Shown in pieces: positions 1 to 9,798 of a stretch of 64,000 nt of DNA. Numbering within the stretch: position 1 is the first letter of the stretch; each line of letters starts with the position of its first letter. The position numbers and the translations under genes are program-made. The notes below the pieces were generated by a model. That model ran no database searches. It was not told where the DNA came from and saw only the letters and a list, made by a program, of their open reading frames with translations. Source of the stretch: a virus; the IMG/VR virus record IMGVR_UViG_3300045256_000294, positions 72,953 to 136,952 of that record; one strand, given 5' to 3'.

Positions 1-522
1 TTCGCCGTGCTCGTCGATGATGAACTGCTTGTACTCTGGCGGCAGATAGGCGAGCTGGTGCCCGAACCAGGGGTTGTCGTTGTACTTGACCCACTCCTCG
101 CCGACCAGCACCGCGTCCTCCGGTGGATGTAGCTGGGTCCACCACGCGAACGGGTCTACGGCGAAGGCGACGTCGGAAATGTCGATGAACCAGCACCGCT
201 GGATGTTGCTGTGGAGGGTGAGGTAGTTGCGGAACGCGAAGAACCTCCCCTCATAGTTATTAGCGGTAGGTTGTACCGGCACTTTCTCGAACTTGAGGAA
301 TTCGGTCTGGAGTTTGTTGACCAGCTCGTCGGAGAGACAGTCGTGGAGGATGACGCCCCTCAGACCGATGTGCTTGTGGATGGTGCCGACGAAGGGGCGG
401 ATATACTCCGCTTGCTGATCGATGGTGAGGGCTTCGGTGTGGGCGGTGCCGCCGATTTTCTTGTGGGCCGAGTTCCAGGGGTCCTTACCACCAGAAATAA
501 CGGCCCCGAATACGACGTCCAT
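1..522 (-). CDS. Partial hypothetical protein, possibly glycosyltransferase-like; runs off the window edge
   Basis: ATG at 522 and open to position 1 (MDVVFGAVISGGKDPW...RFFAFRNYL...WFIDISDVAFAVDPF); DxxD-like motif; directly follows the large virion gene. Confidence 0.55.
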   Translation of the reverse strand, partial: MDVVFGAVISGGKDPWNSAHKKIGGTAHTEALTIDQQAEYIRPFVGTIHKHIGLRGVILHDCLSDELVNKLQTEFLKFEKVPVQPTANNYEGRFFAFRNYLTLHSNIQRCWFIDISDVAFAVDPFAWWTQLHPPEDAVLVGEEWVKYNDNPWFGHQLAYLPPEYKQFIIDEHGE

Positions 523-528
523 GGAAGA

Positions 529-3500
529 TCACACCTTAACCAGAGCTTTCTGAATCAGATCATCGCTCCAGAACAGCAACTCAGTCCACCAGTCGTGGAC
601 GCCGACGGACACCAACCACCGGCGATCTAGCTTGATCGCCCCGGCAGGCCAGATGGCGTTCGGCGGCACGTGTGGCGGGCGAGTCGCCGGGTCAGCCCAT
701 AGGATCGGCGAGGGCGTAATGCGAGTCACTTCGAACGGCGGCTTAGCCGCGAACGCATAGACGCCGATGTTATAAGTACGCCGCCCCGGTCCGTCCACCG
801 CCCCATGCAGGAAACTGATGTATTCGTCGCCCACACGCACCGGCGGGGTACCACCCCTCAAGTAGCCACCCAACCACGGCAGTAACTTATTCGTTTGATA
901 GATTTTCTCGGCCTTCCCCTCCCGCACCCTGATAATGATATGAGGGCTGATGGTGTAAGAACCCAGCAGCTCACCCTCATACTCGAAGAAGACCCAATTC
1001 TTTTCGATCGGGCCGGCATCCTCGTATTCCAGCTTCCACACCTTCACTGGTTGGTAATCGTCCCCCAGCACCATGATGCACTGCTTCGACGTCGCGTTGC
1101 CATCGCTGATCTCGATGAACGCGAACGACAGATGCAACTGACCCCGGAAGACGAACAGCCGCGGATCGTCAAAACCGCCATGCTGGTACTCCGGCGGCAG
1201 CACAATCTCCCTGGTGTTCTGGACCGTCAGGTCCTCTCCCAGCTCCGACATGTACATCCGGGCGGCCCGCCAGCCCAGCCGCGTAGCCAGGAGGTAGCGA
1301 CCCTTGTACCGGATGATGGACGAGTTGAAGTGCCCATCCAGCGGCACCCGGATCGACTGTTCCGGCCGGATCTCGCCTGAGTAGTCAAAGTAGGCCCGCT
1401 CCACCGCCCGGCTCCCTACCACAAGCTTCTTGCGGTCTAGATCAATCTTCTGGGGGGTGACGTGAGAGCCGCTATTAGAGAGATTCACCACCACCGGCAG
1501 GGTGTTCTGTAGCTGACCGATCGGGCCGCTGAAAGACATCGAGAACGGGCTACACTGTTGCACCGAAGCCGTGACCCCGTTCATCACCCAATAACCGTTA
1601 CTGCAGGATAGGACAGCGTTCCAGCCACTAGTCTGGACCACATACGTGCCGGTGCCCTGATCCTGCATCGAATAGACGCCCACGTTGGGGCCGTCGTAGA
1701 TGTGCAAGTAGAGCGTACCGGTAATAGCCTCGACACAACAGCCCGGACCGCCCCTCTGTGCAGCAATCTGGACCGAAGTCTGGCCGGTCGCTTGGGCGTT
1801 ATGGGCGTCGGTCGCTGTCGCCTGTGCAGTGTAGAATCCAGCGGCAGCATGGGGGTGACCGGTCGGGTTGTGAGTGCTTGTAGTACCGTCACCGAAATCG
1901 ATCGCGTAACTGTACGGTGGAGTACTACCGCTTGCCGTGGCCTGGAATTCAACGTTATGGTTGGCCGTCTGGGGCTGTGGCTCAGCTAGCAACTGAACCG
2001 AGAACCCGCCGGGCGGAGGCGGCGGTGGAACATTGCTAATCACCACCACGCTAATCTGACCCGTCGCCCTCTGCCGCTTCGAATCCTTAACCGTCACCGT
2101 CACGATCTTGACACCGGGGCTGGGGAAGGTCTGGTCAAAGGATTGGGTCGTCTGGCTGACGCCGCTGCCGCTCCACGACCAAGTGTATGGCGGGGTACCG
2201 CCGCTCACCTGAGCGTCGAAGCGGACCGTACCGCCGACCTCAACTCGGGTCGGGGTGGCGGTCGGCGTCACCGCCATCTGGGCGGTCGGCGGTGGGGCCG
2301 GGGGAGGTGGGGCGGGCGGCGGTCCACCACCGCCTGGGTCGCCAGTATTATAGCACCCAACTTGGACGTTGGGGCAGTAGAAGAAATCTTCCTGACAGCA
2401 CTCGTCCTTCTCAGGGGCCCGGGCCTTCCCGATGAACCACGGGTACTTACCCGGCCGTACCAGCCCATTCGGGCCGTACCACTTGACGACCTCATCGCAG
2501 GCCGGGATATCGGTGTTCTTGACCCAATTGAATTTATGGCGGTCGTAGTGCCGCTTGGTAACGCAGCCGGGCTGCGGCGTCCAGTGCGCGAGGTCAAGCT
2601 CATCAAACTCATCATCGACAAGCTCTAGGGTATAGCTCTCGATGAGCTTGCAATCGTCCAGGACCATCTGGGCCGCAGCGAACGACGTGTTCAGAGCACT
2701 CCGGTCGTTCAGACTCCCAGAATTAGGAGCTAGACGCACGCCCTCGACGCACACCTGACTGACAATATCAGAGCAGACCGAAAAAATCGCCTGCCGCTCG
2801 CAGTCAAGCCGGGCGGTGATGATCGGGCAAGTAGCGAACACACTGGTCTGATCGAGAGTACATTCAGTGATCCGTACTGTACTCTCGCCGGGCTTACCCG
2901 GCTGACCATCAGGCCCGCGCTGCCTCGACTTAATACAAAAGGTCCCTTCCCACGGCAGATTGTTTAGAAGGTAGATCGATCCGCAGACAATCCCGGTATC
3001 GGGATCATATTTGATAGTGTTTAGTGTCTTGCTCATATCGACCGGGAAACGACGGTCGAAAGACACCCTAGGCTTCTCAACCCCCAGCGGGTCAACCAGC
3101 ACCGTCACCACCGGCACACGATCTACCGTCGAGCCAATGGGAAGAGCCAGGACACGACTCAGGGCAATCGGGCAGACATTAACCGCCAAAGCACCCATGC
3201 TCTGCTTAACCAGCAGGTCACGTGTGGCCTGGAACGCTGCGGCCTCTGCCGGCAGCCCATGGTAGTATATCGCAAGGTATTGCAACTGGTCGTAGACAGC
3301 TACTTCACCCGGCTTTGGCTTGGTCCCGACCTTGGAGGCAACAAGCCCGTCGGTCCGCCGTGGTAGAGTGACCTTAAACACCCGCACCGATATGTCCGGA
3401 ACGTGATTGTTCGGCAGTTCGATGTCGGTGCGATCTCCCAGTAGCGGCGTGGGGGTGATGATCGAGAAGTCAAGTCGATTCTTCTCAATCTTGGACGGCT

Positions 3501-3966
3501 CGTAGCAGATCTCAGCCGGACCCGGCTTCCCCTCTCGGCCGCGGTCACCGACATCGCCTTTCTCACCCCGCGGTCCGGGGCAGACCTGCTTCATCAAGAC
3601 CTGGAATAACCGGCCGCGGTCCACTTCGATGCGAAGTGCGTCCTCACCTTCAGGCTTGAAACTGACGAACTTATCTGAAGAGCGGAAATAGTACCAGTAG
3701 GCGTCTCGGCCTGGAGCGATCTTGAGGGGTCGCAGGTCGAAGCCGGAGTTAACGAAGGCGCGGACCTTCTGGAGGCGGTCGAAGATGTCGGGGGTAACCA
3801 CCCCGTCATTGGTTTCGGTTACTGGAACCGGCGACTGTAGAAAACCACGCGAGATCCAGGAGTCCTGCTTGGCGGAGAATCGCCACCGGTTGCCATACTT
3901 GTCACATACCTCTGCCCCGTCTTCAGGCTTTCGCGGCAGTCGAGGTAGTTTGCAGACCGTCTGCAT
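529..3966 (-). CDS. Large multidomain virion-type protein: collagen-like repeats, Cys-rich segments, poly-Pro linkers, two PKD/Ig domains and a C-terminal GH130-like beta-propeller
   Basis: GPRGEKGDVGDRG and GPDGQPGKPG triplets; SGGTPPYTWSW and PPYSYAIDFGDG PKD motifs; FNSSII, DDPRLF, EKNWVFF and LRGGTPPV glycosidase-propeller motifs. Confidence 0.7.
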   Translation of the reverse strand: MQTVCKLPRLPRKPEDGAEVCDKYGNRWRFSAKQDSWISRGFLQSPVPVTETNDGVVTPDIFDRLQKVRAFVNSGFDLRPLKIAPGRDAYWYYFRSSDKFVSFKPEGEDALRIEVDRGRLFQVLMKQVCPGPRGEKGDVGDRGREGKPGPAEICYEPSKIEKNRLDFSIITPTPLLGDRTDIELPNNHVPDISVRVFKVTLPRRTDGLVASKVGTKPKPGEVAVYDQLQYLAIYYHGLPAEAAAFQATRDLLVKQSMGALAVNVCPIALSRVLALPIGSTVDRVPVVTVLVDPLGVEKPRVSFDRRFPVDMSKTLNTIKYDPDTGIVCGSIYLLNNLPWEGTFCIKSRQRGPDGQPGKPGESTVRITECTLDQTSVFATCPIITARLDCERQAIFSVCSDIVSQVCVEGVRLAPNSGSLNDRSALNTSFAAAQMVLDDCKLIESYTLELVDDEFDELDLAHWTPQPGCVTKRHYDRHKFNWVKNTDIPACDEVVKWYGPNGLVRPGKYPWFIGKARAPEKDECCQEDFFYCPNVQVGCYNTGDPGGGGPPPAPPPPAPPPTAQMAVTPTATPTRVEVGGTVRFDAQVSGGTPPYTWSWSGSGVSQTTQSFDQTFPSPGVKIVTVTVKDSKRQRATGQISVVVISNVPPPPPPGGFSVQLLAEPQPQTANHNVEFQATASGSTPPYSYAIDFGDGTTSTHNPTGHPHAAAGFYTAQATATDAHNAQATGQTSVQIAAQRGGPGCCVEAITGTLYLHIYDGPNVGVYSMQDQGTGTYVVQTSGWNAVLSCSNGYWVMNGVTASVQQCSPFSMSFSGPIGQLQNTLPVVVNLSNSGSHVTPQKIDLDRKKLVVGSRAVERAYFDYSGEIRPEQSIRVPLDGHFNSSIIRYKGRYLLATRLGWRAARMYMSELGEDLTVQNTREIVLPPEYQHGGFDDPRLFVFRGQLHLSFAFIEISDGNATSKQCIMVLGDDYQPVKVWKLEYEDAGPIEKNWVFFEYEGELLGSYTISPHIIIRVREGKAEKIYQTNKLLPWLGGYLRGGTPPVRVGDEYISFLHGAVDGPGRRTYNIGVYAFAAKPPFEVTRITPSPILWADPATRPPHVPPNAIWPAGAIKLDRRWLVSVGVHDWWTELLFWSDDLIQKALVKV

Positions 3967-3974
3967 CGGTTACG

Positions 3975-4433
3975 TTACCCCATCGGAGTCTCCAATATCT
4001 TTGTCGTAGTTACAGCATGGCGAACGTACCGCTCCCGCTTGGCCATCCGACGATCGTTACATTTCCCAGACTCTGTATAGACCTGACGGATGGCAGCCGC
4101 CAGAGAGTCGAACGAATCCGGGGCAGCGATCTCCCACTTCCCGAACTCGGTGCGCAGGCTAAAACCTTCGAGCTTAATAATGCCGTCAACCAGAGAAATG
4201 ATGAGCTTGATAGGACCGTAGACTTCGACAAGCCAGCAGAAGCCAATCGCTCCGCCTACGAAGAAGTGTACCATCCTGCTATCGAATCCCTCCTCACGAA
4301 GGAATTCATGAATCACGAACTCAAATATGCTGTCTGACGTCGGCGAGGAGTTGGTCAAAGAACCCAGGGTCGGCGAGTTCGTAGATTCTGATGATTTTGT
4401 CTTGGGTATTTTCACGGTGCAGACTTGGGTCAC
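3975..4433 (-). CDS. Hypothetical protein, divergent member of the 'LADP' family (true start probably GTG near 4317)
   Basis: IHEFLREEGF N-terminal helix and WEIAAPDSFDSL motif. Confidence 0.5.
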   Translation of the reverse strand: MTQVCTVKIPKTKSSESTNSPTLGSLTNSSPTSDSIFEFVIHEFLREEGFDSRMVHFFVGGAIGFCWLVEVYGPIKLIISLVDGIIKLEGFSLRTEFGKWEIAAPDSFDSLAAAIRQVYTESGKCNDRRMAKRERYVRHAVTTTKILETPMG

Positions 4434-4752
4434 CGAATTCTGTCAGTAACGTGAGTTTGTACACACCATTCTTATAGATTCCAATGCAGATGGGTGGGCG
4501 GACTACCTTGTCACTGTTGCGGAAATGATTCTTGTAGTCGTACTCGCTATCGATATCCTGGCGGAATTGGAGACGTAGGCGGCACTCGAACCCAACATCA
4601 CGGAGGAAGCCCAAGATAGCTCTGGTCGCTTCTGTTGGCTTGAGGTAGTCATCAACAGCAGCTTGCCCTTTCCGTCTTTCGAGGGCCTTGAGCAACCAGT
4701 TGCTGAGTCTGATCCACACTCGTTCGAGACGATCGGAAACCCAATCAATCAT
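4321..4752 (-). CDS. Hypothetical protein, 'LADP' family
   Basis: ATG at 4752; ILGFLRDVGF near the N-terminus; ends YELADPGFFDQLLADVRQHI. Confidence 0.6.
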   Translation of the reverse strand: MIDWVSDRLERVWIRLSNWLLKALERRKGQAAVDDYLKPTEATRAILGFLRDVGFECRLRLQFRQDIDSEYDYKNHFRNSDKVVRPPICIGIYKNGVYKLTLLTEFGDPSLHRENTQDKIIRIYELADPGFFDQLLADVRQHI

Positions 4753-5089
4753 AATCAACTCGAAGGTTGAAACTGCAGCGTTTGTTGACGATGATGCGAA
4801 CGTAGTACGTCGTCCCGCCGACGAATTGGGTGTTATCACCCCATGAGGTCAGATAGTTCGGTCCAGGGTCATCGTTGACGCCCATATCGATGAGTGTACC
4901 ATCTGCGTTATAGAACGTCGTCGCGATGCTCGTCGGAGCGGTACTTCGTGAATTATCAAAATGCGACCTTCTCTGTTGTCTCTGTCATAGAATGATTTAT
5001 GCCAAAAATCCCTGCGAAGCAATTCAGGTATAGGGAAGAGTCCCCACCGTCCTAAAAAGATATAGGATAGACATTAAACATGTCTTCCC

Positions 5090-5725
5090 GTAGGACGTAT
5101 AGCCACGCTACCCGTCTCAACCCTTTTCAGGCGGAGACAGGCGGGACTGACGAGTCGTAGGCAAGCTCCGGCAACTAACTCTTATTGTGGGGTTTTTGTG
5201 CCGGTCGAAATCCTACTCCCATGACTCTGCCGTCGTCACTCCTGTCCCCAGGAGCCGGACACTCTACCAGGTTCGGTGTCCTCAGAGTCTTCGAGTTACA
5301 AAGGGAGACACTACCACTGTCGATGCTTCCAGATTGCCACACGCCTGTTGCGGGTGCACACATTCTGCAGGTAGCGCAAGTAGTTGACGATGGCATGGCG
5401 TGTCGGGTCTGATGTTACACCGAGTAGTTCCAGGAAGTCCCCCCGTGCTTACGGTCAGTCAGCTGGTTCGGCCACAGGTATCCTGCCCCGCGTTATGCGG
5501 CCGGGCCGTTACTTTCAGCCGATGGCTCCATACCAAAGGCGGTCAGGACGCAAGCGACCCGTCTGAGACGGAATCGGGAGGGAGACAATAAAGCTCCCTC
5601 AGTCAAGAACGGCCCTGAAAAACCGCGTCCTGATTAGCTGACCTAGTAAAAGGTTAAAGGCCGTGGCAAACTGAGCCACTATAGTCCAGAGGTTATCTGG
5701 GACGGCCTGGAAACCGTCTGCAACT
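5090..5725 (-). ncRNA. Candidate large structured non-coding RNA
   Basis: No convincing ORF; many nested stems and a crossing stem pair (5503-5510/5608-5615 with 5543-5551/5625-5633); GTATTTAAA motif on the minus strand at 5733-5725. Confidence 0.4.
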
Positions 5726-5930
5726 TTAAATACAGCTACCGACAGACACGTTAGAAATGGAACTGTTCTGGCAGGCTGGAAAAGCTTCCTCAATCTCGGT
5801 CCATAGCCCATCGTAAGACAGCACCGAACTGCTTCACTAGATCATCCAGAACCACGGGGCTGTTACGGCGCCAACCACACACAGGAGACAGTGAACATAG
5901 TGTCACCCACTCTTTGCAGCGATAAGTTCA

Positions 5931-7040
5931 TCACACTTCGGACTCTTCCACGGCGTAAAGTTCGTCGCCCTCATGAACGACGTCATCGTGGGCCTTGTCC
6001 AGGATAGCCGGGTCCAAGCCCTGGACGCCCTTCTTATCGACATCCAACCATGCCTTAAACAGATTCCGGTGCGGTTGGGCCGTCACCTCCCCAGGTTTCT
6101 TATCAAGCCTTTGAGTCATGTCCCACCAGCGCACACTGGCAGCACCCAACTCCATCAGCCAATCCTTGGCCTTCCGCTTCTCCTCCTGTGTATACTGACG
6201 TTGCAGAGCCACACGAATGATGTTCCCCTTGCACTCAGCAGCGGTCTTATCGTTCAGATTCTCGTCCAAGAACGTATGGAACTGCGGCGGAGCCTTCTCA
6301 CCAGGAAAGAACTTCTCACCAGCCTTCCACAAGTTCACGAATTTGTGCGTCCCCGTGTCCAGATCATAGACGTAGAATCCGTGAGCAATATCACCCTCAT
6401 CGAACTTGAACGGAATCAAGCTACCTGGGTAGAAGACCGCCGGTTGCTCCACCCCGTCACCAAGTTGCTGCCTAGAGTGGAAGTGACCAGTATAGATCTT
6501 CCTGAACTTGGAATACTCGAAGTTCACAATCGACCAGTCCTTCAGGAGGAAACAGGTATTAAGAGACGCCCCGCGAACCCCGATGTGGGTCAGCAGCACG
6601 TCCCCCTCCTCATACTGATCCTCCAACCGCCGCAACACCTTCATATAAGACTTCTCAAAGGTGATGAACGGTAGTATCCAAAACCTCTTATCCTCCAGAG
6701 TCAGGAGTTTCACGTCGTCGATATAAGTGAGATATTTCCGCATAGGGGCCACGCTGTTGATCCGCCAGGAGTGGCGGAGGAACATGTCGTGGTTGCCGGG
6801 GAAGGTGACCCACTTCTGGTCGTACTTCTGGGCCGCTTCCTCGTGGAAATCGACGGCCTGCTGCAGGACATTGATCGCTAGATTCTCACGGTTGTGGAAG
6901 AGGTCACCTAGGACCACAATCACGTCGATGTTCGCTGCCTTGGCATATTCCCGCACGACCCGACAGGCGTAGTTGATATCACCGTCCCGGCCCGGTACGC
7001 CGCGGTGGATGTCGGCTGTGAAGATGACCTTTTTCGACAT
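5931..7040 (-). CDS. sbcD: SbcD/Mre11/gp47-like metallophosphoesterase nuclease
   Basis: ADIH, LGDLFH, PGNHD, THIG, GHFH and YPGS metallophosphoesterase motifs. Confidence 0.9.
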   Translation of the reverse strand: MSKKVIFTADIHRGVPGRDGDINYACRVVREYAKAANIDVIVVLGDLFHNRENLAINVLQQAVDFHEEAAQKYDQKWVTFPGNHDMFLRHSWRINSVAPMRKYLTYIDDVKLLTLEDKRFWILPFITFEKSYMKVLRRLEDQYEEGDVLLTHIGVRGASLNTCFLLKDWSIVNFEYSKFRKIYTGHFHSRQQLGDGVEQPAVFYPGSLIPFKFDEGDIAHGFYVYDLDTGTHKFVNLWKAGEKFFPGEKAPPQFHTFLDENLNDKTAAECKGNIIRVALQRQYTQEEKRKAKDWLMELGAASVRWWDMTQRLDKKPGEVTAQPHRNLFKAWLDVDKKGVQGLDPAILDKAHDDVVHEGDELYAVEESEV

Positions 7041-7166
7041 GACGTTTCACCCCATATTTCCTTGTTTCAGAACACGTCCACATACCTGCCCCTTCCGTAT
7101 CCATCCCGCCCCCGATATATCTCTCTCAGTGACCCCCTCAAAAATATTGGAAGGGAGGGCCACGCT

Positions 7167-7706
7167 ATGTTCCACGCCGAACTCATCTCGATGTCTCGTG
7201 GGCAGTCCTATGACCAAGTAGACATCCTGGAATCTCGACACGGCGACTTCGAGAAATACGGTATCCAGAAACCGTTCGGAGAGCGCACCGTGGCATTCTT
7301 CACCCAGCAGGGCCAGCTAGTCCTAGCCCACCCCTGGGGTGTGCGAGTAATCCACCTGGACAAGAAGCCGCGGAGGGGTAACAACGAGAAGTGCTTCGAT
7401 TTTGACCGCATTATCCTGGATGGCGACATTAGCTACCAGAACGGAAACTACATTGACGACGGGTGCTTCGCAGAACTTGGGGTGCCGGACCTCTTCGAGG
7501 ACCCCGGCGAGGTCATCGACCAAGTGACATTTTCCTGCAGCCAAGGGGTCTTCATCACCCACGACGCCAACGTCGTCAGCATCTTCCAGCATTTCCCCCG
7601 CGGCACCCGCGGCGTTACCAAGACGGTCCACGTGGCAAGCGTAGGAGAACTGCAGAAACTCGTAGTCCCCCAGCCTCAGGCCAAAATTCGCCGCCGGAAG
7701 AAGTAA
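7167..7706 (+). CDS. Hypothetical protein
   Basis: GGAGGG RBS before ATG 7167; phage-like codon usage; stop abuts the next gene. Confidence 0.6.
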   Translation: MFHAELISMSRGQSYDQVDILESRHGDFEKYGIQKPFGERTVAFFTQQGQLVLAHPWGVRVIHLDKKPRRGNNEKCFDFDRIILDGDISYQNGNYIDDGCFAELGVPDLFEDPGEVIDQVTFSCSQGVFITHDANVVSIFQHFPRGTRGVTKTVHVASVGELQKLVVPQPQAKIRRRKK

Positions 7707-7708
7707 TC

Positions 7709-9076
7709 ATGATTAAGCTCATCATCTTCGACCTCGACGGCGTACTAGTTGACGCGAGGGAGTTACATTACGACGCCCTCAACATGGCACTGGCCACCAT
7801 CGGCCGGCAATACGTCATCGAGCGTGATGAGCATCTCCTCTTCTACGACGGGTTACCCACCAACAAGAAACTCGCCAAACTCACGGCCGAGAAAGGACTC
7901 CCTGAGTCCGAGCACAAACGGGTCTGGTCTCTCAAACAGGACATGACCCGCACCCTCATCAACAAATTCAGCTACGACGACCAGAAATGCGATCTCCTCA
8001 AGAAGCTTAAAGCTGCGGGCTACACTATCGCTGTGGCTAGCAATTCAGTCAGGGACACTGTGAAAATGTTCCTACTGCGAACCGGGATGATCGAGTTCGT
8101 TGATTTCTACTACTCGAACCAAGATGTGCAGCAACCGAAGCCCCACTCCGAGATCTATCTGCAGTGCATGCTGCGGGCGGGGGTGAATCCAAGCGAGACT
8201 CTGATCGTAGAGGACTCACATATAGGGCGACTAGGGGCTAAAGCATCTGGCGGCCACGTTTGTGCCGTCCGCAACCCCGGCGACGTCATCTATATCCGCC
8301 TCCACGAGGAAATCCAAGCCGTGAACAGTCACGACACCCCATCCAAGTGGCAGGGTGGAAACCTCAACGTCCTCATCCCTATGGCTGGTGAGGGCAGCCG
8401 CTTCGCCAAGGCTGGTTACACCTTCCCTAAGCCACTGATCGAAGTCCGTGGCAAGCCCATGATCCAGGTCGTCACCGAGAACCTGAACATGGATGCCAGG
8501 TTCATCTACCTGGTGCGGAAAGAGCACTACGAGAAATACAACCTCAAGTACCTGTTCGCCCTGATTGCTCCGAACCACGAAGTGGTTCTCGTAGACAAGC
8601 TCACAGAAGGTGCTGCCTGTACCACCCTACTGGCCCGCCAGTTCATCGACAGCGACGATCCGCTTATCATCGCCAACTCCGACCAGTTCGTCGAGTGGGA
8701 TTCAAACGAGTTTATGTACTCGATGGTCGGTGACTATATCGACGGCGGCATCCTCACTTTCGAAGCGACCCACCCCAAATGGAGCTACGTCAAGCTGGAT
8801 GAAAAGGGCCTCGTCTCAGAAGTGGCCGAGAAGAAGGTCATCAGCAACAAGGCTACCGTAGGCATCTACTACTGGAAAAAGGGCAACGACTACTGCCGCT
8901 ACGCCGACCAGATGATCGCCAAGAATATCCGCACGAACGGTGAATTCTACGTCTGCCCGGTTTTCAACGAAGCCATCGGGGATGGCAAGGTAATCAAGAC
9001 CTTCGACATCAAGAAAATGTGGGGGCTGGGCACACCCGAAGACCTCGACTACTTCCTGAAGAACCACCATGGCTGA
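7709..9076 (+). CDS. HAD phosphatase fused to a sugar-phosphate nucleotidyltransferase
   Basis: FDLDGVL, SNS, KP and VEDS HAD motifs, then IPMAGEGSRF...PKPLI and WGLGTPEDL NTP-transferase motifs. Confidence 0.9.
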   Translation: MIKLIIFDLDGVLVDARELHYDALNMALATIGRQYVIERDEHLLFYDGLPTNKKLAKLTAEKGLPESEHKRVWSLKQDMTRTLINKFSYDDQKCDLLKKLKAAGYTIAVASNSVRDTVKMFLLRTGMIEFVDFYYSNQDVQQPKPHSEIYLQCMLRAGVNPSETLIVEDSHIGRLGAKASGGHVCAVRNPGDVIYIRLHEEIQAVNSHDTPSKWQGGNLNVLIPMAGEGSRFAKAGYTFPKPLIEVRGKPMIQVVTENLNMDARFIYLVRKEHYEKYNLKYLFALIAPNHEVVLVDKLTEGAACTTLLARQFIDSDDPLIIANSDQFVEWDSNEFMYSMVGDYIDGGILTFEATHPKWSYVKLDEKGLVSEVAEKKVISNKATVGIYYWKKGNDYCRYADQMIAKNIRTNGEFYVCPVFNEAIGDGKVIKTFDIKKMWGLGTPEDLDYFLKNHHG

Positions 9077-9379
9077 TCCTACTAACAAGTACACTGTCCT
9101 TCAGCGAGACACCTACAACGGTGGCTACTCGCAATGGCACGGCCACAACAAGGACGTGATGATCGGCTCATTCGATAAGCATAATGCCCACGGGCCGTCT
9201 CTGCCTCAATGCCGCGGTTGTTGCACGGCGATTTTCTGAAAGTGGGTTTCAAGAACTTCGACCACACGATCATTCCGGCCCCACCCTACGAACCGCTTCA
9301 CATTCACGATTCCTGGATTTTCGTAAGGGGGCAGAAAGATGTTCAAGATCTCACACCGTGGCAATCTACGGGGTCCTGA
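9069..9379 (+). pseudogene. Internally deleted, frameshifted gene remnant, probably a phage SAM methyltransferase
   Basis: N-terminus MADPTNKYTVLQRDTY..IGSFDKHN joins out of frame to C-terminus GDFLKVGFKNF..HDSWIFVRGQK; the central core is missing; family assignment is from memory. Confidence 0.45.
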
Positions 9380-9794
9380 CTCTAGCCTTGAGAATAAACC
9401 GGAGCACGTAGCCTCCCTGGTCCAACAAGGATATCAGGTCGAAGTGGACGTGCGGACGAGCCCCGACGGACGACTGCTGTTCCTGGGCCATGATGAGCCG
9501 CAGTACGCCATCCCGGAGTCGTTTCTACAGCTGCCGGGGCTGTGGTGCCACGCTAAGGACTATGGCGCTTTGCAGCGGTTGGCCTCCCTCAACGTACACT
9601 ACTTCTGGCACGACATCGAGGATTTGGTGTTGACCTCGCATCGTGTGCCATGGGTTCACCCGCGGATGGAGCTTGAGCGGTTCCCGCTTGAACTCATCAA
9701 ACGGTCGGTGCTGGTGCTCCCGGAAAAGTCGCCAACCAACAAAGACTATGTGAAGCGGTGCTGTGCCGTCTGCACCGACTACGTGTTGGAGTGA
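9339..9794 (+). CDS. Short glycerophosphodiester-phosphodiesterase-like (PLC/GDPD fold) protein
   Basis: ISHRGN, EN, VEVDV, LGHDEP and WCHAK motifs; usual partner of HAD/NTP-transferase genes. Confidence 0.8.
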   Translation: MFKISHRGNLRGPDSSLENKPEHVASLVQQGYQVEVDVRTSPDGRLLFLGHDEPQYAIPESFLQLPGLWCHAKDYGALQRLASLNVHYFWHDIEDLVLTSHRVPWVHPRMELERFPLELIKRSVLVLPEKSPTNKDYVKRCCAVCTDYVLE

Positions 9795-9798
9795 TCCC

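Noticed and set aside
5195-5700. tmRNA (GGATTTCGAC) or group I intron (TATAGTCC) signatures
   Set aside because: No acceptor stem, CCA or tag reading frame; no P7 partner; no interrupted host gene.
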